From a virus, in the IMG/VR virus record IMGVR_UViG_3300034069_000591, positions 1 through 60,561 of that record: 60,561 nucleotides of DNA; one strand, given 5' to 3'. Shown here in pieces: positions 51,488 to 59,063 of this stretch. The translations under genes and the position numbers were made by a program. How positions within the stretch are numbered: the first letter of the stretch is position 1; every line of letters starts with the position of its first letter. The notes under the pieces are model-generated. The model made no database searches. It was given only the letters and a program-made list of their open reading frames with translations, and was not told the DNA's origin.

Positions 51488-52461
51488 CCGCCCCCACCGC
51501 CACCGTCCGCCGGTCGCTCGCGCAGGCCGGCGCCCGCGGACGCGTCCACCCCGCGTCGCGCCACGAGTCCGGCGCGTGGGTCGCGCTGTGCGGCTCGCAG
51601 GTCCGCGGCCTCGACATCCGCGAGCACGACCTCGCCGAGCTCGACGCGCTCCCGCTGTGCGCGCGGTGCGCCGACCTCGCCGAGTCGCTCGGCGCCGACG
51701 TCCGCGCCGGCCTCGCCGCGTTCCTCGGCTCCGGCGCGCCCGACGCCGAGTCCGTGACGCTTCGCGCCGTGCCCGTCGCCGACGTCGTGATCCGCAACGC
51801 ACACCCGCGCAACACGATCGACGAGGGCCTCGCCGACAGCGTCCGCGAGCACGGCGTCCTCACCCCGATCGTCGTCACCCGCGGCGTCGCCGGGTACGAC
51901 CTCGTCGTCGGCGCCCGCCGCCTCGTCGCCGCCCGCGCCGCCGGCCTCGCCGCGATCCCCGCCGTCGTGCGCGAGCCGTCGCCGCTCGCGTCGCTGGTCG
52001 AGAACCTCCACCGCGAGGACCTCAACCCCGTCGACCTCGCGCACGCGTTCAGCGCCCTCGTCCACAAGGGCATGTCGATCGCGGCGCTCGCGAAGTCCCT
52101 CGGCCTCTCGCGGCCGCACGTCTCCAACACGATCCGGCTCCTCGGCCTCCCCCGCGAGGCCCTCGATGCCCTCGCGGCCGGGACGATCACCGCCGGCCAC
52201 GGCTCCACGATCCTCGCCGCGGAGACGCACGAGGAGCGCCTCGAGCTCACCCGCGCGGCCGTCGCCGGCGCGACCGTCGCCGAGGTCGCGAAGCGCGCCC
52301 GCCGCGAAACGACCCGCGTCGACGCGCCCGACCTCGCCGCCGCGCTCGCGAAGCACCTCGGCGTCGAGGTCCGCGCGTCTCGCGACGGCGGCGTCACCCG
52401 CCTCGTCCTCGACGTCCCCGACATCGACCTCCCGCGCGTGCTCGCCGCGCTCGAGCCGTGA
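51484..52461 (+). CDS. parB: ParB/Spo0J-type partition protein with an N-terminal Cys-containing extension
   Basis: GVLTPIVVTR...LVVGARRLVAARAAGLAAIPAVV is a GxRR box. HTH MSIAALAKSLGLSRPHVSNTIRLLGLP. Confidence 0.8.
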   Translation: MTAPTATVRRSLAQAGARGRVHPASRHESGAWVALCGSQVRGLDIREHDLAELDALPLCARCADLAESLGADVRAGLAAFLGSGAPDAESVTLRAVPVADVVIRNAHPRNTIDEGLADSVREHGVLTPIVVTRGVAGYDLVVGARRLVAARAAGLAAIPAVVREPSPLASLVENLHREDLNPVDLAHAFSALVHKGMSIAALAKSLGLSRPHVSNTIRLLGLPREALDALAAGTITAGHGSTILAAETHEERLELTRAAVAGATVAEVAKRARRETTRVDAPDLAAALAKHLGVEVRASRDGGVTRLVLDVPDIDLPRVLAALEP

Positions 52462-52718
52462 GCCTGTTCCACCGCCGGGTCCGGCGCGAGCACGTCGTCG
52501 CCGTGCGCGCCGGATCCGGGTACGTCCACCTCGGCGTCCCGACCGGCCGCGGCTACGACACGATGTGCTGCTCGACGATCGTCTCCGAGCACACCCGCAT
52601 CGCCGCCGGCGCCGACATGGTCCCGTACTGGCGCGCGAAAGCCCGCTACCAGTGCCCGGACTGCAAGGTCCTCGCCGCCCGCCCCTGGAGCAAGGTCCGC
52701 CAGATCACCGGCTGGTAG
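52458..52718 (+). CDS. hypothetical Cys-containing protein (86 aa)
   Basis: GTGA overlap. Confidence 0.55.
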   Translation: MSLFHRRVRREHVVAVRAGSGYVHLGVPTGRGYDTMCCSTIVSEHTRIAAGADMVPYWRAKARYQCPDCKVLAARPWSKVRQITGW

Positions 52719-52724
52719 AACGCC

Positions 52725-52743
52725 GAGCGCGTGTCCCGCGCTC
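52725..52743 (+). terminator. 7-bp hairpin GAGCGCG/CGCGCTC
   Basis: 7 nt after the stop at 52718. Confidence 0.45.
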
Positions 52744-52762
52744 GAGCACCCCGCGCGTGCCG

Positions 52763-52774
52763 CATCGTGGGAGC
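52763..52774 (+). promoter_or_regulatory. leaderless-type promoter (CATCGT, weak)
   Basis: Ends 7 nt before GTG 52775. Confidence 0.3.
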
Positions 52775-53230
52775 GTGCCGAACCAGTCTCCTCCGCGACT
52801 CCTCGACATGCCGGGGCTCGCGGGGCCGAACATGCTCGGCACCATCGCGTTCCGCAACCTCATGCAGGTCGGCTACGGGCTCAACGTCCTGATCGCCGGC
52901 GGAGGCTCGGTGCAGTTCCTGCTCGGCGACGACGCCGCGAAGGTCTGGGCGCTCGTCGTCGTCGCGTGCTCGATCACCGCCCTCGCCGGCTGCTACCTCA
53001 CCGCCAAGACCGGCGACACCCGCCTCGAGCTCTGGTCCTCGATCGGCGTCCTCGCGACCTACGCCGGGCAGATGGTCGCCGTCATCCTCTGCGTGCTCTA
53101 CGCGATCGGCCCCAACGGGCTCCTCCCGTTCTGGTGGCCGGCCGCGATCGCCGCGCAGACCCTCTGGCGGATCCGCAACATTGTCCGCTCGGAGAGGGCG
53201 AAGGACGCAGCAGCAAGGCGCCGCGCATGA
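52775..53230 (+). CDS. membrane protein (about 4 TM), a holin candidate
   Basis: GTG lies 7 nt after CATCGT. Alternative starts at ATG 52808 and ATG 52832. Confidence 0.55.
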   Translation: MPNQSPPRLLDMPGLAGPNMLGTIAFRNLMQVGYGLNVLIAGGGSVQFLLGDDAAKVWALVVVACSITALAGCYLTAKTGDTRLELWSSIGVLATYAGQMVAVILCVLYAIGPNGLLPFWWPAAIAAQTLWRIRNIVRSERAKDAAARRRA

Positions 53231-53643
53231 ACGACGACCTCCTCAAGATCGTCGTCACCGGCGCGTTCATGGTCCTCGTCGCCGTCATCACCGGCCTCTG
53301 GGCCCGCAGCAACAAGAAGGTCGCCGAGCCGACCCCGATCGAGCGACTCTGGGACCGCCTCGACAAGCTCGAGGCGAAGGCGCAGACGCAGGGCGAGACG
53401 ATCGAGACGCAGGGCGGCACGATCAGCCGCCTCACCCGCGAGGTCACCGCGCTCAAGGACACCGTCGTCGCGTACCGCGGCGGGTTCCTCGCGCACGTCT
53501 CGTGGGCCGACCGCGTGCAGGCCGCGCACACCGGCTCGACCCCGATCGTCGCGTTCACGCCCGGCGAGCAGGCCGCGATCCGGCGCGGGCTCGACATGGT
53601 CGCGCTCGAGCGACTCTCCGCCGACGAGGACCAACAGGCGTAG
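53227..53643 (+). CDS. membrane-anchored coiled-coil protein (138 aa)
   Basis: ATGA overlap. N-terminal TM followed by a coiled coil. Confidence 0.6.
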   Translation: MNDDLLKIVVTGAFMVLVAVITGLWARSNKKVAEPTPIERLWDRLDKLEAKAQTQGETIETQGGTISRLTREVTALKDTVVAYRGGFLAHVSWADRVQAAHTGSTPIVAFTPGEQAAIRRGLDMVALERLSADEDQQA

Positions 53644-53653
53644 CCTCTCCGCC
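53641..53653 (+). promoter_or_regulatory. leaderless-type promoter (TAGCCT, sharing its TAG with the upstream stop)
   Basis: Ends 8 nt before ATG 53654. Confidence 0.4.
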
Positions 53654-53878
53654 ATGAGCGCCGACGAGATCACCGCCCGGTTCAAGGGCGTCGAGAACAG
53701 CCCTCCCGCGACGCCTGAGCAGCTCGAGCGCGTCGGCAAGATCCGCTCCAAGGTGGTCGAGCTCGCGCACGCGATCGACGAGGGCGACCTCGAGCCGCGC
53801 TACCGTGCGACCGCCCTCACCGAGCTCGAGGGCGCCGCCATGTTCGCGGTCAAGGGCGTGTTCGCGCCGCGCGAGTAG
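53654..53878 (+). CDS. hypothetical protein (74 aa)
   Basis: Track ORF. ATG lies 8 nt after TAGCCT. Confidence 0.55.
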   Translation: MSADEITARFKGVENSPPATPEQLERVGKIRSKVVELAHAIDEGDLEPRYRATALTELEGAAMFAVKGVFAPRE

Positions 53879-53888
53879 CCTCGGCCGC
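53876..53888 (+). promoter_or_regulatory. leaderless-type promoter (TAGCCT, sharing its TAG with the upstream stop)
   Basis: Ends 8 nt before ATG 53889. Confidence 0.4.
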
Positions 53889-54308
53889 ATGGCCACCGAT
53901 CACCTCTCGCCGGCGGACACCACCGCCCTCCTCCTCGCGTTCGGCTATCCCGCGCCGGCCGCCGACGAGCTCACCGCCGGACTCCGCGACGTCGTGCAGG
54001 ACTTCCAGCGCGACGCCGGGCTCAACCCGTCCGGCAACCTCACCCTCGAGACGGTCCGCCGGCTCCGCTCCCGCCCGACGCTCCAGGCCGGCGACGTCCG
54101 CGTCGAGGTCCGCGCGTTCCAGCAGGCGATGCGCGCCCGCGGGTTCCGTCTCCGCGTCTCCGGCGTGTTCGGGCAGGACGACCTCAACGCGCTGAACGAG
54201 TATCAGGGGCAGGTCGGCATCACCCGCTCCGGGGTCGTCGACGCCGAGACGTGGGAGGCACTGGGATGGGCACTGCCGGCAACGGACGGATCACCGTCGA
54301 CGGACTGA
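53889..54308 (+). CDS. tandem peptidoglycan-binding (PG_binding_1-like) domain protein
   Basis: Two repeats of the VxxFQ..xGLxxxGxxxxxT pattern (DFQRDAGLNPSGNLTLETV; EYQGQVGITRSGVVDAETW). Confidence 0.65.
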   Translation: MATDHLSPADTTALLLAFGYPAPAADELTAGLRDVVQDFQRDAGLNPSGNLTLETVRRLRSRPTLQAGDVRVEVRAFQQAMRARGFRLRVSGVFGQDDLNALNEYQGQVGITRSGVVDAETWEALGWALPATDGSPSTD

Positions 54309-54478
54309 GGGTCGCGAAGAAGGCGATCGTCGGAGGCGTCTCGGGCCTGATCGGCTCCCTCGTCACCGCCCTCTCCGACGGCGCGATCAGCCCCGTCGAG
54401 GTCGGCGTCGCCGTGCTCACGGGCCTCGCCGCGTCGCTCGCCGTCTACCAGACCACGAACGACGCCCCGCTCGAGTGA
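54266..54478 (+). CDS. small membrane protein, holin-like (70 aa)
   Basis: GGGAGG lies 7 nt upstream of ATG 54266. Two hydrophobic helices with DGAISPVEVG between them. Confidence 0.5.
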   Translation: MGTAGNGRITVDGLRVAKKAIVGGVSGLIGSLVTALSDGAISPVEVGVAVLTGLAASLAVYQTTNDAPLE

Positions 54479-54487
54479 CGAGCCCGC

Positions 54488-54493
54488 TAGGGT
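54488..54493 (+). promoter_or_regulatory. TAGGGT -10-like box (candidate sRNA unit 1)
   Basis: GCTAGGGTGATCGC, followed by the 54538-54575 hairpin. Confidence 0.3.
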
Positions 54494-54537
54494 GATCGCG
54501 GGGCACAACCCCGGTGAGCTGTTCCCAAAGCACTCAC

Positions 54538-54575
54538 GACGGCCGGGACGAGGCGCAAGCAGCGGCCCGGCCGTC
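54538..54575 (+). terminator. 10-bp perfect hairpin GACGGCCGGG/CCCGGCCGTC
   Basis: 18-nt loop. Lies inside the 361-bp non-coding region. Confidence 0.45.
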
Positions 54576-54603
54576 CCCCTGTCGCCACTCGCCCTGTCGG
54601 GGC

Positions 54604-54609
54604 TAGAGT
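54604..54609 (+). promoter_or_regulatory. TAGAGT -10-like box (candidate sRNA unit 2)
   Basis: GCTAGAGTGACGC, followed by the 54762-54794 hairpin. Confidence 0.3.
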
Positions 54610-54761
54610 GACGCTCGGATCGCCCCAGCGACACGGCTCCGCCTGAGTCGCACGTTCAAGCGATAACCCCGGATGCGGCTGGGAAGGCCGGGGAGCCGCC
54701 TCGCGACGGCATGGTCACCGCGTAGGGACTCGCGAGGAGCAGAGCAGGCCCAGACGACCAA

Positions 54762-54794
54762 GACGGGGCGGACGCGGCGGCGTGCCGCCCCGTC
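54762..54794 (+). terminator. 10-bp perfect hairpin GACGGGGCGG/CCGCCCCGTC with an additional 4-bp inner stem
   Basis: Followed by GCCTCTCT. Lies 34 nt upstream of the HNH promoter. Confidence 0.5.
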
Positions 54795-54827
54795 GCCTCT
54801 CTGGCGGGCGTCTGGCGTCGCTCCGGC

Positions 54828-54839
54828 TACCCTCAGCGC
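54828..54839 (+). promoter_or_regulatory. leaderless-type promoter (TACCCT) of the HNH gene
   Basis: Ends 7 nt before GTG 54840. Confidence 0.45.
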
Positions 54840-55277
54840 GTGGTGGACGAGCACGTAGCGCGATTCTGGTCGAGGGTCGCGGTCCGCGGCAGGCACAAGT
54901 GCTGGCTATGGCGCGGCCCGACCGACGACGACGGCTACGGCCTGACCCGGTTCCGCGGGCCCAACCGACGAGCGACGCACGTCGCGCTCGAACTCGACGG
55001 TCGCCCGCTGCTTCCGGGCGAGGTCGCTCGGCATACGTGCGACACCCCGCGATGCGTGAACCCCCTGCACCTCGTCGCCGGCACACAGCGCGACAACGCG
55101 CAGGACAAGCTCGATCGAGGGCGCGGTCACCGTCAGCGCCTAATGCTGGCCGACGCGCTCGAGATTCGGCGACGTGCCGGGCTTGGTGAACGACCGGCCG
55201 ACCTCGCTCGCGAGTATGGCGTCTCGCCCGCGCACATCAGCAACATCATCGCTGGAAGGACGTGGATCAGTGGTTGA
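54840..55277 (+). CDS. HNH homing-type endonuclease (HNH_3-like) with a C-terminal HTH
   Basis: CWLWRGPTDDDGYG...ATHVA...HTCDTPRCVNPLHLVAGTQRDNAQD. GTG lies 7 nt after TACCCT. Confidence 0.85.
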   Translation: MVDEHVARFWSRVAVRGRHKCWLWRGPTDDDGYGLTRFRGPNRRATHVALELDGRPLLPGEVARHTCDTPRCVNPLHLVAGTQRDNAQDKLDRGRGHRQRLMLADALEIRRRAGLGERPADLAREYGVSPAHISNIIAGRTWISG

Positions 55278-56208
55278 CGAGTCGCTCGGAAATCCGAACC
55301 AGAAGCACTTCGTCATCCGGTACATCGTGCCCGTGACGTTCGGCGGGGTCACCGTGCGGGTCCACCGCGAGGTCGCCCGGATCATGCTCGCGTTCCTCCG
55401 CGCCGTGTCCGACACTTACCAGGACGTGCCCGACACCGCCCTCGGGTGGGTCGCGATGGGCGACGAGGACCAGCGCGCCGGCCTCCGCCTCTCCCTCCCC
55501 GCCGTCGACCTCCGCCCCCTCGGCGACGTCGCCGCGCGCCTCGGGCTCACCGTGCTCGACGGCGCCGTCCGGTTCGAGGGCACCGCCTACGAGGCCGAGC
55601 TCATCACCCGCCGCCTCGTCCAGGACCAGACCACCGCCGAGGACTCCATCGACGTCGGGTTCGTCGACCGGTTCCGCCCCGGCACCCGCCCGCTCGAGGT
55701 CGGTGACAGCGGCCCCGACGTCGCGTTCCTCCAGGACTTCCTCCAGCACGACCAGCACGACGGCGTGTTCGACGAGGGCCTCGCCGACCGGCTCCGCGGG
55801 TTCCAGCGCGTCCGGTTCCTGCCCGAGACGGGGCGCGCGGACCAGGCCACGTGGCTCGCGATGTTCCCCGAGCGCCCGCGACCGGTCGACCCCGGCGACG
55901 GCGGCATGTGGGTCCTCATGGTTCAGTCGCTCCTCGCCGCCCTCGACTACTCCCCCGACGTCCCGACCGCCGTCTACGGCACCCGCACCGTCCGGTCCGT
56001 GCGCGAGCTGCAACGCCTCCACGGCCTCCGCGTCACCGGCACGATCCGCGGCGCCGAGTGGGGCGTCCTCACCCACCGCCCCGTCGACGGGTTCCCCCTC
56101 GCCGACCCCGGCACCCCCGAGCCCCCCGCCGCCCCGCCGGCCGAGACGACCCCGCCCGCCGAGCAGACCGCCGCCCGACCCTCGCGCCGGCGAGCCGTCT
56201 CCGCCTGA
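55270..56208 (+). CDS. peptidoglycan-binding protein: unknown N-terminal domain plus two PG_binding_1-like repeats
   Basis: GDSGPDVAFLQDFLQ...RLRGFQRVRFLPETGRADQATW and MVQSLLAALDY...ELQRLHGLRVTGTIRGAEW. The start is uncertain (GTG 55270). Confidence 0.6.
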   Translation: MVDESLGNPNQKHFVIRYIVPVTFGGVTVRVHREVARIMLAFLRAVSDTYQDVPDTALGWVAMGDEDQRAGLRLSLPAVDLRPLGDVAARLGLTVLDGAVRFEGTAYEAELITRRLVQDQTTAEDSIDVGFVDRFRPGTRPLEVGDSGPDVAFLQDFLQHDQHDGVFDEGLADRLRGFQRVRFLPETGRADQATWLAMFPERPRPVDPGDGGMWVLMVQSLLAALDYSPDVPTAVYGTRTVRSVRELQRLHGLRVTGTIRGAEWGVLTHRPVDGFPLADPGTPEPPAAPPAETTPPAEQTAARPSRRRAVSA

Positions 56209-56267
56209 CTCGCGCCCCGATCGGGGGGTTCACGGCGACCGGTTGTGCGTGTCCGCTCGAGTCGATC

Positions 56268-56273
56268 TAGGGT
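56268..56273 (+). promoter_or_regulatory. TAGGGT -10-like box upstream of the 56409 gene leader
   Basis: Followed by the 56291-56322 hairpin and then GAAGGGAA-ATG. Confidence 0.3.
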
Positions 56274-56290
56274 CCAGCTCACACGCAAAG

Positions 56291-56322
56291 GGCCGCCGCC
56301 CGCGTGGGGCGGGACGGCGGCC
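56291..56322 (+). terminator. Hairpin GGCCGCCG/CGGCGGCC with an inner CCCG/CGGG stem
   Basis: Lies in the 200-bp gap after the stop at 56208. Confidence 0.4.
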
Positions 56323-56408
56323 GACGGCTCGGAGCGGGGCCCAGCGATGCGCGTACTCCCACGGTAGCGGGTGGCGCTGACGCATGCCCCTGCTCAGAAG
56401 GGAACAGC

Positions 56409-56633
56409 ATGCCGATCAGCCCCGAGGTGCCCGACCTCAACCTCTCCGCCCTGCTCCGCGCGGTCGCCGAGCTCGGCACCGACGTGCACGACGTCGCCGT
56501 CGTCGAGCTGCCCGACGGGACGTTCGCCGCCGCGCTCGTGCTCGGCGTCCGCGGCCCCTCGAGGATCACCGCCGGCCTCCGCGCCGACCGCCTCCGCCGC
56601 GACCTCGCCGACACCACCTCCGGGCTGTTCTGA
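56409..56633 (+). CDS. hypothetical protein (74 aa)
   Basis: GAAGGGAA lies upstream of the ATG. Confidence 0.5.
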   Translation: MPISPEVPDLNLSALLRAVAELGTDVHDVAVVELPDGTFAAALVLGVRGPSRITAGLRADRLRRDLADTTSGLF

Positions 56634-57394
56634 TGATCGTCCGGACCGCGCTCGCGTTCGAGCGCTTCACCGCGATCCCGAACACCTGGGCCCGCGACCG
56701 CCGCATCAGCCGCCGAGCGCGCGGGCTCCTCCTGGAGCTCATGTCGCACCGCGAGGGGTGGCGCATCACGGTCGACTCCCTCGTCGAGGGCGGCCCCGAG
56801 GGCAAGGACGCCGTGCGCTCCGGGTTGAACGAGCTCGTGAAGGCCGGCTACCTGACGAGGGTGCAGCGCCGCGCCGAGGGCGGCACGTTCGGCGAGGCCG
56901 ACTGGGAGCTCCACGACCCGTTCGAGGACGTGCCACCGTCGGCGGGAAATCCGCAGACGGCTGACCCGGCCCCTAAGAAGACCACCTCGAAGAAGAAGAA
57001 CCCCCTACCCCCTTCGGGGGTGCTCCCCCTCGACGAGCTCGCGCCCGAGACGCCCCCGGCGAAGAAGCCGAGACGCAAGCCGTCGAGCGCGATCCCGGAC
57101 GACTGGTCCCCGACCGACGCGCACCGCGAGCAAGCCGCAGCCCTCCCCGGTGTCGACGTCGACGTCGAGGCGTCCAAGTTCCGCGACCACGCCGAGGCCA
57201 ACGACCGACGGCAGGTGTCGTGGGACGCCGCGTTCCGCATGTGGCTCACCAGGGCCGGCGAGTACGCCGCGCGCAACGCACCGCCTCCGGGCAGCGAGGA
57301 TGCACCTCCGGCCGATGCGTGGATGTACCTCGGCTCCGGCCAACCCCGCAAGACCTACGCCGACTACGCCGACCCGGAGGCCCCGCGAGCATGA
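56633..57394 (+). CDS. winged-HTH replication initiator / helicase-loader-like protein
   Basis: N-terminal wHTH (RRARGLLLELMSH...GLNELVKAGYLTRVQRR). The C-terminal KFRDHAEANDRRQVSWDAAFRMWLTRA is typical of DnaD-like phage/plasmid replication proteins. Confidence 0.55.
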   Translation: MIVRTALAFERFTAIPNTWARDRRISRRARGLLLELMSHREGWRITVDSLVEGGPEGKDAVRSGLNELVKAGYLTRVQRRAEGGTFGEADWELHDPFEDVPPSAGNPQTADPAPKKTTSKKKNPLPPSGVLPLDELAPETPPAKKPRRKPSSAIPDDWSPTDAHREQAAALPGVDVDVEASKFRDHAEANDRRQVSWDAAFRMWLTRAGEYAARNAPPPGSEDAPPADAWMYLGSGQPRKTYADYADPEAPRA

Positions 57395-58701
57395 CCGACC
57401 TCCACCCGCTCGACGAGACGCCGCCCGACGACCCGTTCGCGCTCGAGGCCGTCGAGGACGTCAACGTCGACCCCGAGCTCGGAGGCGGCACCCGCCGGCC
57501 CGACGCCCCGCTCAAGATCACCGCGGAGGAGCGGCTCCTCGGCGCGCTGCTCCAGGATCCGACGCAGGCCGCCGCGGTCCTCGGCCACGTCCGCGGCATC
57601 GAGTTCGCGAACCCCACCCTCGGGCTCGTGTTCGACGAGCTGTGCCACGCGATCGCTCGCGGCGACCGGCTCACCGCCGACACGATCAGCGAGCGGTTCC
57701 CGGCGTGGGGCGCGCGCTCCCTGACGGCCGCGGACCCGTACCGGTGGGACGACGTCGACGTCCTCCCGTGGCTCGCGCACGAGTACGCGGCGACGATCCG
57801 CTCGGCGTACCTCCGCGCCGAGGGCGACCGGGCGCTCGCCGCCGCGCGTTCCGAGCTCCGCGATTCCGGCGAGGCGCCCCTCACGGTCCTGTCCCGCGCG
57901 CACCAGCACCTCTCGACGCTCGTCGACACGAGCCTCTCCAGCATCAGCCGCATCGAGACGCTCGCGGAGGTCCTCACCATGGAGCAGTCCTACGACTGGG
58001 TCATCCCCGGGCTCCTCGAGCGCGGCGACCGGCTGATCCTTACCGGCGCCGAGGGAGGCGGCAAGTCGACGCTCCTCCGGCAGATCGCCCTCTCCGCCGC
58101 CGCCGGCCTCCACCCGCTCGGCCTGTTCGGGATGCCGCCCCGCCGCGTGCTCATCATCGACGCCGAGAACAGCCGCCGGCAGTGGTCCCGAGCGGCCGCA
58201 CCGATGGTCGCGCAGCTCCACAACTTCGGGTTCGCGGTCGAGCCGTCGCTCCGGGTCGGGCTCGTCTGCACGCCGCGCCTCGACCTCACGACGCCGGCGG
58301 ACCTCGCCGCGGTGCACCGCCACGTCGACGAGTGGAAGCCCGACATTCTGATGATCGGGCCCCTCTACCGCCTCGTGCCCCACGCGATCACGAACGACGA
58401 CCACGCGTCCCCGCTGCTCGCCGCGCTCGACGGGCTCCGCGACCGCGGGCTCGCGCTGCTCCTCGAGGCGCACGCCGGCAAGTCGTCCGACGCCGAGGGG
58501 GATCGCAACATGGCCCCCCGCGGCTCCTCCGCCCTCATGGGGTGGCCGGAGTTCGGGTTCGGGCTCCGACCCCTCAAGGCGGATCCGAACATGGTCACCG
58601 TCGTCCCCTGGCGCGGTGCGCGCGACGGCGACCGGGTCTGGCCCCGGCACCTCGTCCGCGGCTCCCGCATGGCGTGGGAGGACGCCGAGCAGCGGCAGTG
58701 A
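57391..58701 (+). CDS. DnaB-like replicative helicase (DnaB N-terminal domain plus RecA-fold ATPase)
   Basis: AEERLLGALLQDP is a DnaB N-terminal motif. Walker A LTGAEGGGKST and Walker B RVLIIDAE. Confidence 0.75.
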   Translation: MTDLHPLDETPPDDPFALEAVEDVNVDPELGGGTRRPDAPLKITAEERLLGALLQDPTQAAAVLGHVRGIEFANPTLGLVFDELCHAIARGDRLTADTISERFPAWGARSLTAADPYRWDDVDVLPWLAHEYAATIRSAYLRAEGDRALAAARSELRDSGEAPLTVLSRAHQHLSTLVDTSLSSISRIETLAEVLTMEQSYDWVIPGLLERGDRLILTGAEGGGKSTLLRQIALSAAAGLHPLGLFGMPPRRVLIIDAENSRRQWSRAAAPMVAQLHNFGFAVEPSLRVGLVCTPRLDLTTPADLAAVHRHVDEWKPDILMIGPLYRLVPHAITNDDHASPLLAALDGLRDRGLALLLEAHAGKSSDAEGDRNMAPRGSSALMGWPEFGFGLRPLKADPNMVTVVPWRGARDGDRVWPRHLVRGSRMAWEDAEQRQ

Positions 58702-58704
58702 TCC

Positions 58705-58732
58705 GGCGCGCCCCCTGTATCGGGGGCGCGCC
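58705..58732 (+). terminator. 11-bp perfect hairpin GGCGCGCCCCC/GGGGGCGCGCC
   Basis: 4 nt after the helicase stop, with a 6-nt loop TGTATC. Confidence 0.55.
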
Positions 58733-58759
58733 CGTCTACCGTCCGCGGTGCTCCCCCGG

Positions 58760-58772
58760 TAATATGCCCCCC
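58760..58772 (+). promoter_or_regulatory. leaderless-type promoter (CCCCGGTAATAT)
   Basis: TAATAT ends 8 nt before ATG 58773. Confidence 0.55.
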
Positions 58773-59063
58773 ATGGCTACCCCGGAACAGCAGGAGCGCG
58801 CGGCCCGGCTCCGCTCCTCACTCGTGCTCAAGGCGAAGGAGCTCGAGGAGGCGGAGAAGGCAGTCGACCGTCTCCGCGAGCAGCGCCGCACCCTCATCCT
58901 CGCCGGCCGCGAGGACGCGACCCTCAGCTACGTCGAAATGGCGAAGGCGTCGGGCCTGTCCAAGCCGCAGGTCTACAAGATCGTCCGCGACGGGTTCAAG
59001 GAGGCGCCCATCGGCGAGTGGGCGAAGGCCAACGCCGACGTCGAGGAGCCCGTCTCCGCGTGA
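58773..59063 (+). CDS. HTH DNA-binding protein (96 aa)
   Basis: SYVEMAKASGLSKPQVYKIVRDG. ATG lies 8 nt after TAATAT. Confidence 0.55.
   Translation: MATPEQQERAARLRSSLVLKAKELEEAEKAVDRLREQRRTLILAGREDATLSYVEMAKASGLSKPQVYKIVRDGFKEAPIGEWAKANADVEEPVSA

Noticed and set aside
54479-55277. Group I intron carrying the HNH_3 endonuclease and interrupting a lysis gene
   Set aside because: The flanking ORFs (54266-54478 and 55270-56208) are in different frames, each with its own start and stop, and they make no sensible fusion. The HNH gene has its own promoter-like box. I could not identify P3-P8/P7 core pairings by eye. This remains untested; Infernal with Rfam intron models would settle it.
56215-56226. 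Shared CCCCGATCGGG(G) palindrome at 56215 and in the tRNA variable arm (46568) as a functional repeat
   Set aside because: It is a short GC-rich palindrome with only two copies. Chance or simple hairpin formation is sufficient to explain it.
56371-56964. ORF 56371-56964 (197 aa) and 56304-56408 as coding sequence in the 200-bp gap
   Set aside because: The translation is Pro/Arg/Ser-rich and out of frame with the well-supported wHTH replication gene. The region is better explained by a hairpin plus an SD-led gene at 56409.
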